A stretch of 63,490 nucleotides of DNA, filler included, from Neoconidiobolus thromboides FSU 785 (lineage: Eukaryota; Fungi; Entomophthoromycota), in the NCBI GenBank assembly GCA_025603075.1. It is 7 parts of 7 records of this genome, joined end to end, with 100 filler letters (N's around TTAATTAATTAA, not from the genome) between each part and the next. Parts side by side here need not be neighbours in the genome. Positions count along the whole stretch, not along the records: positions 61,670 to 63,490 come from MU626906.1; 6 more parts are not named here. The stretch is one strand, 5' to 3'. The notes beneath the pieces are model-generated. The model was not told the DNA's origin and searched no databases. It was given only the letters and a program-made list of their open reading frames with translations. The position numbers were made by a program, and so were the translations under genes. Positions within the stretch are counted from its first letter, which is position 1; the number at the start of each line of letters is the position of its first letter. This document shows positions 62,010 to 63,490 of the stretch, one piece after another.

Positions 62010-63490
62010 ATATAGTTATTCAGGTTTTTTACAATTAATTATTTTGGCATTCGAAATATTTAAAAATCTATACAAGTCATCTATAACAATTCGATGATAA
62101 CTATATTTAAATCGTATTATGTAGAGTTTTTAAAAATATATACCAATATTGCAAAAATTAAAAAATTAAAAAATCTTTAACAAAAACAATTAAAATTTGA
62201 GTTTTTCAATTATTAATCAATTTTAAATATAAATATTTAGAGCGTATTTCTATTGCATACTGTTATTTGATCATTAAAAACTTAAGGTTGTATAATATTA
62301 AAGTATATAGAAATATTGCCATTATAGTGCAAGTCAAAATGCTCTATGTTTTTCTACTTTTTTTGATCCTGAAGAAGTAGAGCCTCTAAATGTTTTACTG
62401 TTCAAGATAAAAATATTCTAAATCAATTTAATTGAAAAGAATTCAAAGTTAAAAAGAGAGAGTTCATAAGTAAGCGGGACTAGACGATTGGTAGAAAGTA
62501 ACTTAACACGATTTTACAACCCTTAAATTTGAGAGGTTATATTTGATACCTTGAAAGTTCATTTTTTTAAAGGACTCATCTATGGAAGAGTAGAAAAAGC
62601 AATAAATGAGACAATTTAATTGTTACCCGATAATATTGATTAAGTACAGAGATAATCTAGAGCCTGGTAGTTATAATAAAGGTTTAGAGCAAGGGTAAAA
62701 AAAGGGAAAGTTAAGTAACATTTAGTCTAGGTCAACTGGGGAAACACTGGAATTATTTTTATATATATTCTTTTGAAAAATTTTAGTTATTTTTAGTAGC
62801 TAACAATAATATGTAAAATTACTTTATCAAACTAGAAGATTAATTTTATACTAACTAAAGTTATGCAATCTCTAGTTTAAATATAGTTATTAGTTCAAAT
62901 AGATTATGAGCTAATTGTAATATATTTTTCTAGTTTAAAAATATAAATATAAATCAAATACTCTAATATTCGAAAAAAGAATATTCAACTCATTTTGTGC
63001 CTTCACTTATTTAAAACTTCTAAATATTGAACAATAGCAATTTAACTTAAATAACTAAAACCTATAATTAATTGATATAGGATTAAAGGTATATTTTAAA
63101 ATAAATGGCGCCGATTTTATTTCATTTAATAAAAATTGCCTCCTTTTAAATTTAATAGAAGCCCAATATTTTAATTTGCGCCATAAATCAAAACCTTTTT
63201 TAAGTTAACTTTAAAATATTAGGTTTTGAAATTGATGGAGTAAAATAAAATAAAAGACAAAAAAAGTATATCAAGATATTGAAATATTTAAAATATAAAC
63301 AAATAGTTTAGGGATAGATTCTCAATGAGATGGGGAAGTAATATCGACAATAAATTAACTAAAACAAACCTTCTATATAAAAAACCATATGGCCAAAAAA
63401 ACATATATAAACGTTTGAAAATCTACCATTTAACTTACCACAAAGCACTAATAAAAAGCTAACTAATATAATAATAATCCTTAATTCACC

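Overview
This is very AT-rich, intron-containing fungal DNA. The gene mix (trypsin, secreted tyrosinase, F-box/LRR genes) fits an early-diverging, Conidiobolus-like Entomophthoromycota fungus, but that is inference. Six artificial 100-bp pads (N44-TTAATTAATTAA-N44) split the window into seven contigs, so adjacency across pads is not proven. Housekeeping genes: RhoGAP, RhoGEF fragment, SRO7/tomosyn, SEC10, MET22/HAL2, TTI2-like, AIM41, YPD1, two RNR2 5' ends, tRNA-Pro(TGG) and a kinase-like gene. The accessory region (about 1-27 kb) holds a duplicated pair of small secreted, Cys-free, strongly cationic peptides, two F-box/LRR paralogues, a kelch-TM gene with one in-frame stop, a DJ-1/PfpI gene, a Zn2Cys6 factor and a tyrosinase. 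Mobile DNA is dominated by about 18 copies of a ~97-bp hairpin MITE (GGGG...CCCC ends, ATAT target). Its terminus matches a decayed Sola-like DDD transposase element in the same window. There is also a ~460-bp TG..CA solo-LTR-like family in 3 copies. The best candidates for an undescribed system are the cationic peptide locus, the Sola-like/MITE family and the inverted, apparently homogenised RNR2 pair.
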